From the human T2T-CHM13v2.0 reference genome, Homo sapiens, in the NCBI RefSeq assembly GCF_009914755.1, contig NC_060941.1: a stretch of 64,000 nucleotides of DNA. One strand, written 5' to 3'. Positions 13,340 through 26,682 of the stretch are shown here, piece after piece. A program made the translations under genes and the position numbers. Numbering within the stretch: position 1 is the stretch's first letter; each line of letters opens with the position of its first letter. The notes beneath the pieces are model-generated. The model saw only the letters and a list, made by a program, of their open reading frames with translations, was not told the origin of the DNA and ran no database searches.

Positions 13340-13545
13340 ACTAGTGCTCTACTGCAGTCTTAACTGAGCCTCACCAGGGCCCTAAGAGGTACAGATCATT
13401 ATCATTTCCATGTTGCAACTGTGGAGACTGAGGAATGAGGGGTGCTGTGTAACCTACTCAAGGTCCCATGGTTAGTAAGTGACTAAACCAGGATCCAAGC
13501 CTACGTTTCTCTGACACCCAAGTCTGTTCTCTTAAAAACCATGCT
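13340..13545 (-). mobile_element. MIR
   Basis: atcattatcatttccatgttgcaactgtggagactgagg...caaggtcccatggttagtaagtg. Confidence 0.75.
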
Positions 13546-13559
13546 ATTTCCCTCCCAGA

Positions 13560-13990
13560 GTCAGGGATGGCTGGGGGTCACCAGGGAGGTGATCATGGAA
13601 GCCTTACCCAGGGGGTGAGACTTGCCAGGGAGGAAGCCTTCCCCTTGAGTATGGAAGGGTGATTAAGAGTTAACCAAGTGAAGAAAGGGGAACTGCAAAT
13701 ATTCTGGAAGACTGCATCAGAGACTGGGCAAAAGGGAATAGCACTGTCAAAGCCTGAAGAAGCAAGCAGGACTCAGGCATGGAAAAACCTTTCATGCCAT
13801 GAAAAGGAGTTTGGACTCCTGAAGGCAACAGGGAGTCAATAAGGGCTTTTTTCAAAGGAGGAAGCTGATCAGATTTGCATTTTAGGAAGCTCACTTTTGC
13901 TGCAGTGTGGATTGGATTGAGGCAAAGCTGGAAGCAGAGAAATCAGTGGATGCTGTTATAGTCCTAGGCAATTAATTACAAAAAGTAACA
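13560..13990 (-). mobile_element. L2 fragment
   Basis: aaggagtttggactcctgaaggcaacagggag...gatcagatttgcattttaggaagctcac. Confidence 0.75.
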
Positions 13991-15627
13991 ACAGTAGATA
14001 TACAAAGTATTTTTTGAATTCTGCTATGTTAAAGGTATGTTGTTTCTTAAGAGGGGGAAACACATCCCGAAAGACATGGTTCTTGCCTTATCGAAGATTA
14101 GAGTCTAACTGTGCTTATCATTCTTCCATTACTGTTCTCTTCAGGTGCTCACAAAATCAGGGCTTATGGCCCACTGAGGTTTGGGGATCAGTTTTGAGGC
14201 CAAGAAGAATTGGAAGGGACCATGGGAGTGATGCAGGCCGACAAATGAACCTGTGCTGTATCCATTTCCTCTCCTTAAACTGCATGTTCATGAAAACTTC
14301 TGTGCAACAGTCAAAAATAAAATAAAGTAAAATAAAGATTGAAATGCTATGTCCTGGACCAAAGTATCTCGTCGCCACATATCCTATTTGCTATCATTTC
14401 CCCAACATTCAGAAAGACAGTTAATGGGTACCATTTTTCTCCATGTTTAGTTCTTCTCGCATAAATTTCCTTAAGCCTCTGGCTGCAATTACCACTTGTC
14501 TGCTAGAGCATACCAGCTGATGACAAAGGGAGCCAACAATAGCAAATAGATATTAAGGGGAGAACATGAAAACAGTTGATCTGCTTGGTTTGACAGCCTG
14601 TTGTTGAGTTTTGCTGGGGGAGGGGATTGTTCATGGTATGTTTCCTCTGGGCTATGATCTGAGAGCACACATATAATAGAGTCATATTTTCTGCAGGTAA
14701 AATCGTTGCTTGCTACTTCTGATGACAGAATGGAATCTATCTGCTGTTTCAGGTGCTATGCATTGAGCCCCAGGCATCCAGATCTGCCCTGGCCAGATGA
14801 ATTTGAGTTCCCTGTTTAGGTCATTCGGTCACTTAATTTCCTGGCATTTGGGGCTTGCAGTATCTCGGTGCCATTACCTGAGTCCAGAAATGCAATCCCA
14901 GCAAAATGACTTGGACTTGGCCGTCCCAGCCCATTAACCTGGGGCAAGGTTGGAAAACTACACCCAACACCAATCAGAGCCAGAGGCTTGGACAGCCATG
15001 TGCAAGTGGACCTTGGAAAGATCCCTCATGGAAGAGTTAAGAGACTTGGTGCTAGTTTTGTTGCTACTTTGAATCTAATTTTCCTCATTTCTAAAAGGCA
15101 GAGATCCCCAAAGGGGTCAGGTAGGGGGAACAAAATGATTTCAAAGTTCTCTTCCAGTTTAAAGACTGTAGGTTTTTGGAGGAACTGCCTCCTGTCGGAA
15201 GGAACTAACAGCACTGTGGTCCCCAATTCTCAAGGAGAAGCTTTCTTAGGAGCAGCCATCCCACCAGGGGAGGGCCCTAGGCAGAGGGTCCCTAGTAGAA
15301 CTCTCTCCTGTACCCTCCTGAGACCACCCAAGAGGACAGGGTTGATGTATTAAAGACCATGAGGCTGGGGGCAATGATGGGGGAGTAGCCGAGGGGTAGT
15401 CAGACTTACTGACTGACGTAAGTGCAGAAATGGCAGGGGATGTGTTGGGGAGTGTTCCAGAGTGAAAAGAAAGGAAGTTCTCTTGTCAAACTCAGTGCCT
15501 GGTTTCAAAAACAATCAAACAAACAAAAAAACAATCCACAACAGCAAAAGGGGAAAGGTCTTTCTCATTAATTCTTGCTTCCGCTTATTCTAGAAGATGC
15601 AGGAAAGGATTTGTTTAAAGGTCTGAA

Positions 15628-15826
15628 TTAGGGTTCTCAATCTCAGCACTCTTGATACTTTGTTGTTGGGGGATGTCTTATGCCTCGTAGGATATTTAGC
15701 TCATCCCTGGCCTCTACCCTCTAGACGCCAGTAGTATCCCCAGTTGTGACAGCCAAAAATGTTTCCAAGATGTTGCCATATGTCAGTGTGTAGAGGAGCA
15801 TAATCACCCATAGTTGGGAACCACTG
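15628..15826. mobile_element. MER20 hAT MITE
   Basis: ggttctcaatctcagcact...atccctggcctctaccctctagacgccagtag...cagttgtgacagccaaaaatgtttcca...gttgggaaccactg. Confidence 0.9.
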
Positions 15827-16489
15827 CTGTCAATGGACAATCAGTCTTTTAGGAACCTCAGCTTGTTTATCTCCCAAATGGAATAACCCCTGTTCTGCTC
15901 AGTTCATAGAGTAATTGAAAAGAACCAAACAAATGAGAATCTTGTTGCTGTTTCCGTGACCAGGGCAAGAGTGCCTGCAACCCCCAAGGCTCAGAAGAAA
16001 GGCAAACAAGGGATCGGATGAAAGGGACCATTCCGTTCAGGCTGTACTCAGTGACTCAGGCCTGCGCTGCTTCACTTGGACTGAATAATCTTAGCTTGTC
16101 TTCTGCATGTCAGACAGAGAAGATGCTAGACAGCCAGCAGGCTGTGCAAGCACAGAGTGGGGCCCAGCATCTATCCATCATCAAGTAAGGCTGTTTTTTA
16201 TTAAGGAGAACAAGGAGAGCTCATTTTCCTTCCATGAGAGCAATGAGGCCTTTTACCAAAGCAGTTCACTCCTTCTTGAATCTTTTAGATATGTGAAGCT
16301 GTGAAAATCAAAGGCACAGGATGTTTTCTTTGTGGCAGGCATGCATGAGCTAAACCTTCACCATTGGCTTCAGGATCACCTTACGTCCCCTTTCTGGTGG
16401 AGATCAGAGGTTGCTGACCACCTACTTCAGGTCCTCTCTGTGGGGTGAGATGGCAGGAGAAAAGCTGGTGCCTCTGAGCACCAATTATG

Positions 16490-16690
16490 TGAAGGCACTA
16501 TGATGGATTTTACATGTGTAAAAGATTTTACATGATCTTAATCCACATGTAAGTCCCATCTACACTTAATAATTTTGAACTTACAGCCTAGAAACCGAAA
16601 TATGACAAAGTTAAGTGACTTTTGTGACGAGTTAAGTGAGGAGTCAGCATTTGAGCTGAGGGCTGTCTGATTGCAAAGCCATCTTTCTTT
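16490..16690 (-). mobile_element. MIR
   Basis: aagttaagtgacttt...tttgagctgagggctgtctgattgcaaagcc. Confidence 0.6.
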
Positions 16691-18239
16691 CCCTACACCT
16701 TGCTACCTCTTGATAAGGACACTGTTTCTCCAAAGAAGAGAAACAATTTCCCCAAGTTCACACAGATCTTCGATGGATACTCAAAGGGGCTCACATTACA
16801 AATTGTCTTTCCCATTGGCTCAGGAGAGATTCTGAGAACTTGGAGAGGGCCGGTGAGCAAGATGGTTAAATAAATGGGCCACCACCTCCATGATGCCATT
16901 CTGTGGGGCTACTTTTTACTCCAGAATGCAGTACCAACACAAGCACTGCCTGAGAACTCCCCACCCTATTGTCATCCCTGATAGAGGAGTTCACCCTAAA
17001 GCCTTTCCCCCCCGTCATAGACAGTTAAAAAGCTATCAGCCTTTCCTCACAGTCATGTACAGTCTCACCCACACAAGTGAGTTGTGCACAATTTTGGAGA
17101 CATTCTGTGACCCCAACTTAAAACACTTCTCCCACACACAAAGTTAACACTTCAGTTACCAGGTGATGATTGAGCAGAGATTCTTTTACAACCCAGAGCA
17201 GTACTAGGACTTTGTTAGACACCCTGGAGTGTATTTACATCCTAAGGAGGGAGAGGGGAGGTGGGGATGGTAGTAGAGGACCTCTGTGTAGAGATTCCTT
17301 TTAGCAAAGAGTCTCAGCCATGGGGAAGAAACTCCTGGGAGAAAGGGCTCACCCGGCCTGGCAGGGGACTGACTTTGGAGGGAACATCAACTGTGCCAGG
17401 CACAGTGCTGGGCACACATGCATTGATTCATTTCGGTTTGGCTTGGAGACAACAGGGCCAAAGGGTTCACAAAGAAACTGTGCAAGAAATCTATATCCCC
17501 ATCTGTAAAGGGACAATGTGACCTGGACCGTCTCTAAGCGACAACTCCAGTTCCGTAAGGACGATCTCTAAGTGTCATCAAGATCCTGTAAGAGTCATGG
17601 GTGGCCCATTAATGATGCCAGTGGTCTTCTGCAGTTCCCTCTGAGGCAAGCTGAAGGTTCAAATGGATTTAATCGCAGCAGGAAAGACCAACGTGGGAGG
17701 ATAAGAAGAAATCTCTGGCTAAGTTCTCCAAGGGCAGAACTCACCCACATTTGTATCCTGAGGGTCTAGCACCGAGCTTGGTCTAGAGTGGATGTTCATT
17801 AAACGCTGATTTGATAAGTAAGAGGGCACATGTGGAGATAAGCATATGAGTAGCCAAGAGACCCAGATTCTGATTCTGGATGTACCAACAGGTAGACGCT
17901 TAACCTTGACACCTTAAGTTCTCTAGACCTCAGTTCCTCGTCTCTAAACTTCCCTTGCAGGTCTCTACTTTATGATTCCATGAGTTTATCTCTAAAAAAG
18001 TTGATACATTTGCCCATCGAAGTTAAAAGTCTAAGATCTATGATTTGACAGCTATTCTGGCTAGAAGGGAATGAACTCAACAAAAGTCTATTCTGGTGCA
18101 ATACATCTTCTAATTGCAGATTGTCCGCCCCAGTAAACGTCTATTGTTTGGGAAATGGGGTAAGGAGGAGGCACATTTCTTTGCTAGTTAATGGCCTAGC
18201 ATCAACTCCAGCTGAATTTTGGAGGTAGAAGAGTGAGTC

Positions 18240-18550
18240 TGTGTGCTTCTGCACTGTAGGCATGCATGCATGTCAGTTTAGTGGGTGGCATGTCTACTTA
18301 TAAGCTGATGTGCAGGCAGTATGCATGGGTATTGGTCATGTGTGCAGACCCTCAAGGTAAACATGTGTGGCATTTGTTGGATGTGCGTGTGATTTCTTTC
18401 TGTACCCACATATGTGTATATCCATGTGCATGTTTATGCACATGGGCATACTGTGCAGCAATGTTTCTGTGCAGTGAACATATATATTTAGTACATGTGG
18501 ACATATGTGATGAATATACTTGCTTGGAACATGTGCATATTTGCATGTCT
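18240..18550. repeat. Degenerate (TG/CA/TA)n low-complexity tract
   Basis: Dense tgtg/catg/tgca alternating purine-pyrimidine words. Confidence 0.7.
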
Positions 18551-19299
18551 CTGCTCTGGCTATAATGGGGTCTGAGGATACTGCCCCAGGATTCCCTCAA
18601 AGTAGGGAACTGTGGGTGGGGGAAGCGGCTTCTTTACAGGAGCAAGATCTGCAGAAAGAGCAGGGTTGTTTCACATGTGTCTAAGCTGTGCCAACCTGCA
18701 CATTTGGGTGAGTGGCCCCTGTGGATTGCCTTAATGATGTGTGTGCACAGCTGAGTCAGCTGGGGCTGAGACCTGGGGACCTCTGTCACACAAGTTGCCA
18801 GCTCCCATTTGTCATCTGCCCTGGGATGAACTTTCCTTGTGGGATTGTCCTTCCCTGTGGGTGGTGTGTGTTAGCTTGTGGTTATTAGTGTTTAAAAAAA
18901 CACGTGCTGTCTCCAGAGCTCAGGGGGACTCTCTCTCCAGTTTCCTCTGGTTGCCAGGCATGAGCAAAAGTAGGAGGAACCTCTGACCCAGGCTCCTGCT
19001 AGGGGCCAACTGAGTTAGAAAATTAGACAGGCAGAGAATGCTTTCCTTCTGAGATGGGGGCAGGGGATGGAAGGGCATGCCGGCAGCAGAAAGTGTGGCC
19101 AAAGGAGAGGTCTTTAGAGGTTACCAATTGTGCAGGCCAAGTTGCTGGGGGAAGGTGAATGAGCTGACACACGAGGGAGATGATGGGAAGCTGTGAGCTG
19201 CTCCTGCAAAAGTGACCATAACTGGATCTGTGCTGCAGCAGGAAAGAGCTGGAACTAGCCAACTCCAGACTGGAGACCCTGCTCTGCCCCCTCAACTGG

Positions 19300-19505
19300 G
19301 TCTGTGAGTTGAAGCAGTGCCTTGTGGTGGGGAAAGTGGGCTTTGGTCACACAGAGTTGGACGCAATTCTTGGTTCTGCCACTGAATAGCTGTGTGATTA
19401 CAGACAGGTGACTTTGCTTTCCCCAAGTCCCACATAAATTCAGGTATAGTAATATTATAAACCCCATATGGTTGTTTTTAGGATGAAATTAATTCATTCT
19501 GCAAA
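19300..19505 (+). mobile_element. MIR
   Basis: ggttctgccactgaatagctgtgtga...ggttgtttttaggatgaaatt. Confidence 0.7.
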
Positions 19506-19639
19506 ATGACTATAATTTTACACAGTTAAGAGGATAATTCTTTGGTGGAGAAGTCCCTAGATGCATTATTCACTGGCAAACTATAGATAGATGGAGTGAA
19601 AAATCTCATGTGTATCCACCTAGGGGCTTGACTGGACTG

Positions 19640-19702
19640 AGATGATGATGCTGATGATGGGGATGATGATGGTGATGACGATGGGGATGATAATGATGAT
19701 GG
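19640..19702. repeat. Imperfect (GAT)n
   Basis: gatgatgatgctgatgatggggatgatgatggtgatgacgatg. Confidence 0.85.
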
Positions 19703-20154
19703 GGGCAGGTTGAGGGTGGTGCTATGTGTTTCCTGATGCATTCTGAGGATTGTGCTCCCTTTTCTGTTGCCTGACCTAAGGGAAGAGATGAAAGATTGGG
19801 ATGATCCCCACATCTCTTGGACATAACTCAGAATGGCCAACTCTACCAACTTCTCATGAGACAGGAGTAGCCAAACTGTGGCTCAGATAATAGCTGATTC
19901 ATTTTGCACAATCCAACCCAATAGTTGTTGATGCTGGTGCTATGCCTGGATATTAAGAGATTAAAAAATGATAAGGTCCTTACTCCTGAGAAGCTCACAA
20001 TTTAAAAGGAGAAAAGAAAAGGAGCAAGGAAGAAGGGGGAGAGAGAAAGGGAGGGAGAAGGAGGAAGAGAGAAAAAAGTAAGCAATGAACTGTATGCATT
20101 ACATTATGATACCACAATAGAAGAGTGTACACAAGGCACTGTACACAGAGAGGT

Positions 20155-20380
20155 CAGGAACAGGGACTCTGACATCTGACTGGCCTACCTCTTACCAGCT
20201 GGGTGGCTTGGAGCAAGTTAATTAATCTTTCTGTCTCTTAGTTTTATCATCTGTACAATAGGAAAAAGCATCAATATCAATTTCATGAGGTCATTGTGAG
20301 ACTTTAAAAATGTAGAAAGCATTTAGAACAGTGACTGACATACAAATAACTTACAGTGTTTGTTGTTACAGTAAAAGTTG
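20155..20380 (+). mobile_element. MIR inserted within a minus-strand L2 (~19900-20150, resuming ~20920-21300)
   Basis: ttggagcaagttaattaatctttctgtctcttagttttatcatctgtacaatagg...agcatttagaacagtgactgacatac. Confidence 0.75.
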
Positions 20381-20383
20381 TAT

Positions 20384-20860
20384 GGTAGCAGTAGCAGTGC
20401 TAGTGGTGGTGGCTGTAGCAGCAGTATCAGTAGTAACAGTAGTACTAGTAATGAGGGTGGTAGTAGTAGTAATAGTCTTATCAGTAGTAGTGGTGGTGGT
20501 GGCAGTAGTAATAGTGTTGTCAGTAGTAGTGGTGGTGGTGGTAGTAGTAGTAATAGTATCAGTAGCAGTGGTGGTGGTGGTAGTAGTAGTAATAGTATTA
20601 TCAGTAGTGGTGATAGTGGTGGTAGTAACAGTGATAGTTTTATCAGTGGTGATAGTGGTGGTTGTAGTAGTAATAGTATTATCAGTAGTAGTGGTGGTGG
20701 TGGTAGTAATAGCAGTAGCAGTAGCAGTAGAAGTGGTGGTGGTGGCAGTAGTAGTGGTAGTAGTGGCAGTAGCAGCATCAGTAGAAGTGGTGGTGGTGGC
20801 AGTAGTAGTGGTAGTAGTGGCAGTAGCAGCATCAGTAGAAGTGGTGGTGCTGTTGGCTGT
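20384..20860. repeat. Triplet-periodic (GTA/GTG/GCA)n minisatellite with 39/42/54-bp higher-order units
   Basis: tcagt anchors spaced by multiples of 3; perfect 54-bp tandem x2.3 at 20725-20849. Confidence 0.92.
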
Positions 20861-23800
20861 AGTATCCTAACAGGAAGCAGCTCAGAGGAAGCAGGAATTG
20901 TTTCTGCACCGAGGGTTAGGATAAGCTAGACACAGAGGGTGTGCTCTTTGAGTTGTGCCAGAGGAATGGTGAGTGTGAGTTGGTGTGTTGAACAAGGAGG
21001 CTAGAGCATTCATTCCTAGCAGAGGTCATAGCACTAACAAAGTCCTAGAGGCCTGAGAGACCACGACAGGTAGTTCAGGGACCTGTAAGCAGTCATGATG
21101 CTTACAGATGGGGGTGTATGGGACAGGGGTAGCTAGAAGGTGAGGCTGAAACGGTGGCCAGGGGCCGGGTCTGAAAGGCTGTGGGTGACCTACTGAGGAG
21201 TGTGGGCTTGTCTTGTAGTCACGGAGGAGCCATCCTGGGCTTTATTTGGAGTGTGGCACCCAAGGGGACCCCACCTAAGGAGGATAGATGGAGCTTGCTT
21301 TCAGCGGCCAAGAGCTCAGGCATACTGGGGGATTAAGGAGGGTGTGCATTGCTCTCTGCTGTTCTCAGTTGCTCCTTGGCAGCCCTAAAATTGAAGGGTC
21401 TTACCCTAACCCCACGCTCACTCCAGCCAAACCAACTCTAGTTCCCCATGCCCTCGGCCCCTTTCTGCTGCTGGTCAACCAGTGCTGTCCCAGACATGAT
21501 GTATCTTGACTAGAACTCTAAACCCCAAAGGTCAAAATTCCCTAAGAGTAGAATTAAAAGTCAGGGTGTAGGAATAGCTCTCAATGTCACAGAATATAAT
21601 TTACAGAAGGGGAAACTGAGAAGGAGAAGAGCAGGTGAAAGGCAAGGTGAGAGATGATGGGACTCCAGGACCAGAGAGGAGAACATTCTGCCCTGCCTTT
21701 TCCTCTGTCACAGGTTCCATCCCCAATTCAACCAGTCAACCTCAACACCTAGACCCCTTTCCGCTCAGGATGAAGGGAAGAGAAGAAGAAAAAACAAAAG
21801 GAAGTGAGAAGTCTAGGCTCAGAGGCCTCTGGGGCCACTGGTGAGACTCAGATGGACCTTTAATGTCATTAAATCCGAACTCTTATTTTGCAGATGCAAA
21901 CGTCAAAGCTCAGAGAGGGGCATGAACTGTTCGAGGCGCTGAGGTATCATCTTAAGAGAGGAGTCAACAGGATTAGGTCAGTTGGTGAATCCAGGACAGA
22001 GCTGGGATTCAAACTGACAATAATCTATCCTCTGTGATATCCAACATATCTCCTTCAGACCTTCTATTTTGTAGATCCAGAAACTTCCCTTCATGGAAGA
22101 AAAGTAACTAATTCACAATTACAGAGTAAATCAGGGGAAAAGCTACAAATATCTGGGATTCTGATTCCTGAACAGGACATGGACCAAGACCTATAATGAG
22201 CAGACGCCTGTTCACAGTCAGCATCTTCCACAGCAAACCTCTGTCCAGCTCCTCAGGCTTGCAGCCTGGGTTCTAAGTGGGAGGTCAAGAGGACCTCAGG
22301 TAACACCTTGCAGTGAGTTCTTCTGGGAGAACTCTGAGCTCTAGTCATCCACAGAATTCTCACAGGCAGGTGGAGACTCTCCTCTGTCTCTCCCTAGGGC
22401 CATCTTCCACTCTGGGCCAGTTGTTCACCCCAGCCTCTACCCTGTTTCTGCCTCGTCCTTAGGTCACCTACCCAGAGGTAGGCACTGGGCCACAGCCTTT
22501 GCATATGTTAATTTATGCAGCCAACCTGTGAGGGAGGTAAAACAAACCTCACTCTATAGCCAGAGAAGCACAGCGAGTAATGCCTGAAATTCCAACTCCC
22601 ATGATACCAAAGCCCTCTCTCTATACTCCCCAGTGTGGCTGCCCTGCAGGGTCCAGCCTGGTGGCTGCAGAGAAATGGCTAATGAAGGGCTCTGTGCTGC
22701 CAGTCCGGGAGCGATTCCCTCTGTGCTCTCAACTACAGAAATGAATTTTGTTTAGTTCAAAGACCTCATTAACGCTGGGGTTAGCGGGAGCAGCTTCACA
22801 GCTGATTCATCTTCAGGAATCAAAGACAGCCTGAGTCCCTGTGAGCAGTCAGGAGCTGCCAGCGGGACATCTCTGCTGCTCTGTCTCACCTCCCAGGTAC
22901 TACTGATAGCCTGCAGCCAAAGCGAGAGGCCTCAGGTGCCTTTCCCAGAGGACTGGATCATGGGAGAGCAGAGCTCTGCACCTGAGACCTTTGGGTGTCC
23001 TCTGGGAATCTCCAGGGACAACCCATATGCATCGATCTCACCCAGGTTCTCCCTTCTAGACAGGTTGTTGAAGGTAGTGCAACCATTGAACCATGCCAGA
23101 CACAAGGAGGCAGATGTGTACTGTGGTTGTAGGGAGACCTAGTTTTGTCACTAACTGTGTGTGTGGCCCTTGAGTCCCTACTCAGCCACATGAGTGGATT
23201 GACTCAGAAATTCCTCAAGGTCCCTTCAAGATTTGATATTGACATGGCCCAGACTGTCCAGGAACAGAAACTGCCATTGAAAAGATAAGCCATATTCATT
23301 CATGTAATCAATATCTGCTGAGTATGTACTACATGCCATTCATTATGTCAAGTGCTAGGGCTGTTTAAGACCAACTGTGTCCACACACATAAATCTCAAT
23401 AATTTAAAGCAGCATGAAATAAGAAGCAAACTAGCTATAAAAATAATAGTGTTGGGTTATGTGACTTCTACCTCAATACCATAAATAATGATAGTGAATA
23501 ACATGTCCAAGTTCAAAAAGATATGAAGGGATTCTCCAGGCTAGAAGCTATAGCCTCAATTCCTAGTTCTATAGCACAATAAAATTGATTCCAATATCAA
23601 CTGCTTAGTAGGCATTCAACAAAGATTTGTTGAAAGAACCAGGAAAAGAAAGGAGGAAATGAGGAAAAGGGGGGAGGAACAAAGGAAGAAAGTTCATTAA
23701 AGAGAGGCAGGCAATATTACCGTCCATCTGTTACAAGAAAGAAACCCAAGCTCAATCAGAGATTAAGCAGCTTGTCCAGTATCACACTGGGAGCAACTGA

Positions 23801-23953
23801 CAGAACTTATGTGTAGAGTGAGATCCCTGTTGGCTGGGGCTGCAGGGAAGATCTCCTGAAGGCAGAGTGAGTGGAGAAGGTATTGACTGGAATTCAACAA
23901 AAGCGCTGGAGCTGGCAGTGAAAGAGGCCATGGTGACATGGGCAGGGGATGGG

Positions 23954-24263
23954 TTTACTTATTTTATTTGGTTATTGTTTTGAGACAGGGTCTGCCACCC
24001 AAGCTAGAGTGCAGTGGTGTGATCATGGCTCACTGCATGCAGTCTTGAACTCCTGGGCTCAAGCTATCCTCCCATCTCAGCCTCCCAAGTAGCTGGGAAT
24101 ACAGGTGCATGTGCTACCACACCTAGCTAATTTAAAACAAAATTGTAGAAATGGGGCCTCACTGTTGCCCAGGCTGGTCTTGAACTTCTGTGTTCAAGCA
24201 GTCCTTCTGCCTTGAATCTCAAAGTGCTGGGATTACAGGCATGAGACACCACACCGAGCAGCC
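23954..24263 (-). mobile_element. AluJ
   Basis: gatcatggctcactgca...tcttgaactcctgggctcaagctatcctccc are J diagnostics; degraded T tail. Confidence 0.9.
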
Positions 24264-24299
24264 TTTTTTATATGCCATATATTTCTCACATAGCATCAG

Positions 24300-24500
24300 A
24301 AGAACTTGGGGACAGCAGCTTGGGGTAGTGTCATCTGAATCTTGGCTCTGTCACCCACCAGATGGGTGGCTCTGAGGAAGGCTAAGCCATGATTTCCTCA
24401 TTTTTAACATGGAGATTATGGTGCCTACATTCTAGATTTTTGTAAGAATAAAATGAGATAAGGCAGGCATAATACCAGGCATAATTCTTGCTCAATAAAT
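24300..24500 (+). mobile_element. MIR
   Basis: tttcctcatttttaacatggaga...aagaataaaatgagataa...gctcaataaatg. Confidence 0.75.
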
Positions 24501-25239
24501 GGGAGGCCTTCACCTTCTTCCCTCCAGGTAGAAAGGAAGGGGAAGAGAAGGGCAGGCTGCCTAGAATTCTTAAGATGGGGGTATAAAGTCAAGCAAAATA
24601 AGCATTACCTTCCTTTCTGGGTCTGATCCTCTCTCTAGTGGTGGAGTCAGTGACCATCTATGCAGTCAGATTCAAGGGACTACTGTCCTTTCCTCCTGGG
24701 GGCCAGAGAGCCTACCCAGAAATGGGAATGAAGTGCTGGAATTATTAAGAAGCCTGAGTGGAACAATAACTTTTCTGGTCATTTCTTTCCAATGGTTGAC
24801 TTTTCCATGCTTTACACAACATGGGAGTTGCTTGCTTCTCCCTAAGAAGTCAGACTATAGGCTGAGTAATTCCTCAAGTAAAAAAGATTGGCAGCTAGGA
24901 CCAGAATCATATGGCATAATTATGTAGCTGAGCCTTCCAGGACTTCTCACTATGCCTAGGTTTTTATTTAGTTTTGTTTCCATAGCATGAATTGATTCTT
25001 TCACAGATATATTTTTGCTGCCATTATGAAGCTCAAAGTTAAATAGTCTATCAGTCATGTATGCAGATACATACCTGCTGAGGTAGACACCAGTTGACCA
25101 TTCATTCTGTGAGCAGAAATGATTGTGTACCAAAGACATCCCACACACTGTGCTAGACGCTGGAGGTACAATGTTGAGCAATTAAGGCATGATCTCTGTC
25201 TTTAGCAGCCTTGGTCACTGAGGATCTAGCACCCACACT

Positions 25240-25620
25240 GTGTACTAAAGTGGGAGTAAAAATTTGCACTGTCCTTTTGGAAAGAATTCAGTACATATCT
25301 GTCAATATGTATCCAGAGTCTGAAAACTATTCTTTTTTAACAACAATAATTCTTGAAAAGAAAGTCACCTGAGATATTAAATAGAAGGAAAAAACCCCGT
25401 GTGTAACAGGTGGGTATTTCTTACATTAGTCTTATTAGCAGAATATTAAAAACAATCTCAATGTTCAATAATAAAGGAGCATATGCTTTATGGGAAAGCA
25501 GGTAGTTATTAAAAGCCAGTATAAGGAATTTCGAATAACGTAGAAAATATTTAAGGTACAATATTAAATGAAAAACGCAGAGTTCAAAATTGTTTATACA
25601 GTAATATCACAGCTATGGAA
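25240..25620 (+). mobile_element. Old L1M (L1ME-like) 3' fragment
   Basis: gtgggagtaaaaatttgcactgtccttttggaaag...acaatctcaatgttcaataata. Confidence 0.6.
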
Positions 25621-26682
25621 TAATGCTTTTTTTCACATTTATACAGTACTTTTCAGCTTTCAGAGCAGTTTCAAATACATTCCTTAATTTTGAAATTCAT
25701 GGCAACCCTTTAATAGAAGCAGACCAAAGGCTATTATTCCCATTCTAAACATGAGAAGACTGAGGCTTGCTGAGGTTTACGCATCTAATAACTAAGAATT
25801 TCATTTGTGTTAGAAGTATAGAGAGTATGAGAGAATTGTATCAGAGCTTTATGTAATGCATTAAATTTTCTTTATGTCTGACACCAGCTCAGGAACTTTG
25901 AACAGCCTACCTCTTTTCTTCCCATCCTTTCTGCCTCTGAGAGGAAGGTGAAAAGGCTATCACTGATTGAATTAAAGTAATAATTTTCCACAATTGTCTT
26001 GGTTTGCTTTCCACTACTGCTTAAGTGTATAGGAAAGTTCTGTGTGCCTTCATCCAAGTACCTCTATGGTCAGACATGATGTCTTGCTACAATAGATGCA
26101 ATATCCCTGCACAGAAAACTTCACTGACAATTCCCGCTTACTCAGTTTCAAGCAATGGCAAAAGCAACTGGGAGCAGGTGGGAGACCGTGGCAAATACAA
26201 AGTGGTATTTAACTCCCTGTGCATACCAGCATGCCTCCACCTTTCTGGTCCCTCCTGCATCAAGCAGCCCCTTAAGCTTGATGCTTGAGCTGCACCACGA
26301 TACTGTCTGCTCTCTGAACAAACTTCACAGGTCACACCTTTTACCAGTGTTCAAGGTTTTCCTTCACCCAGTATACTGTTCCTGTATTATCTGCCTTGCA
26401 AGAGCAAGAGGCCCCATCCTTCAATGTCCAGCTAACATGCAGCCTCTTCGGTAGCTGAGTCAGACTCGCCATCCTCTGAGTTTTCCAAACATTTTGCAAA
26501 ACCTTCTTTTAATATTTGTAACACACTGTAATCAGATTTAGTTACGTTTCAAGACTGAATGTTCAGGACCAGAGAATAGACAGTTGCATTTAGTCCTCAC
26601 AAAATCATCGTAGATATAGAGTATTTATTTACTTCATTTTTCATATTTGCTTGGAATTTATGTCCCTGTTTTTCTTTTTGAA

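Noticed and set aside
20323-20929. Long poly-Leu/Pro, poly-Val and Gly/Ser ORFs as real genes (loricrin-like)
   Set aside because: All derive from one triplet low-complexity repeat; no promoter, splice or homology support.
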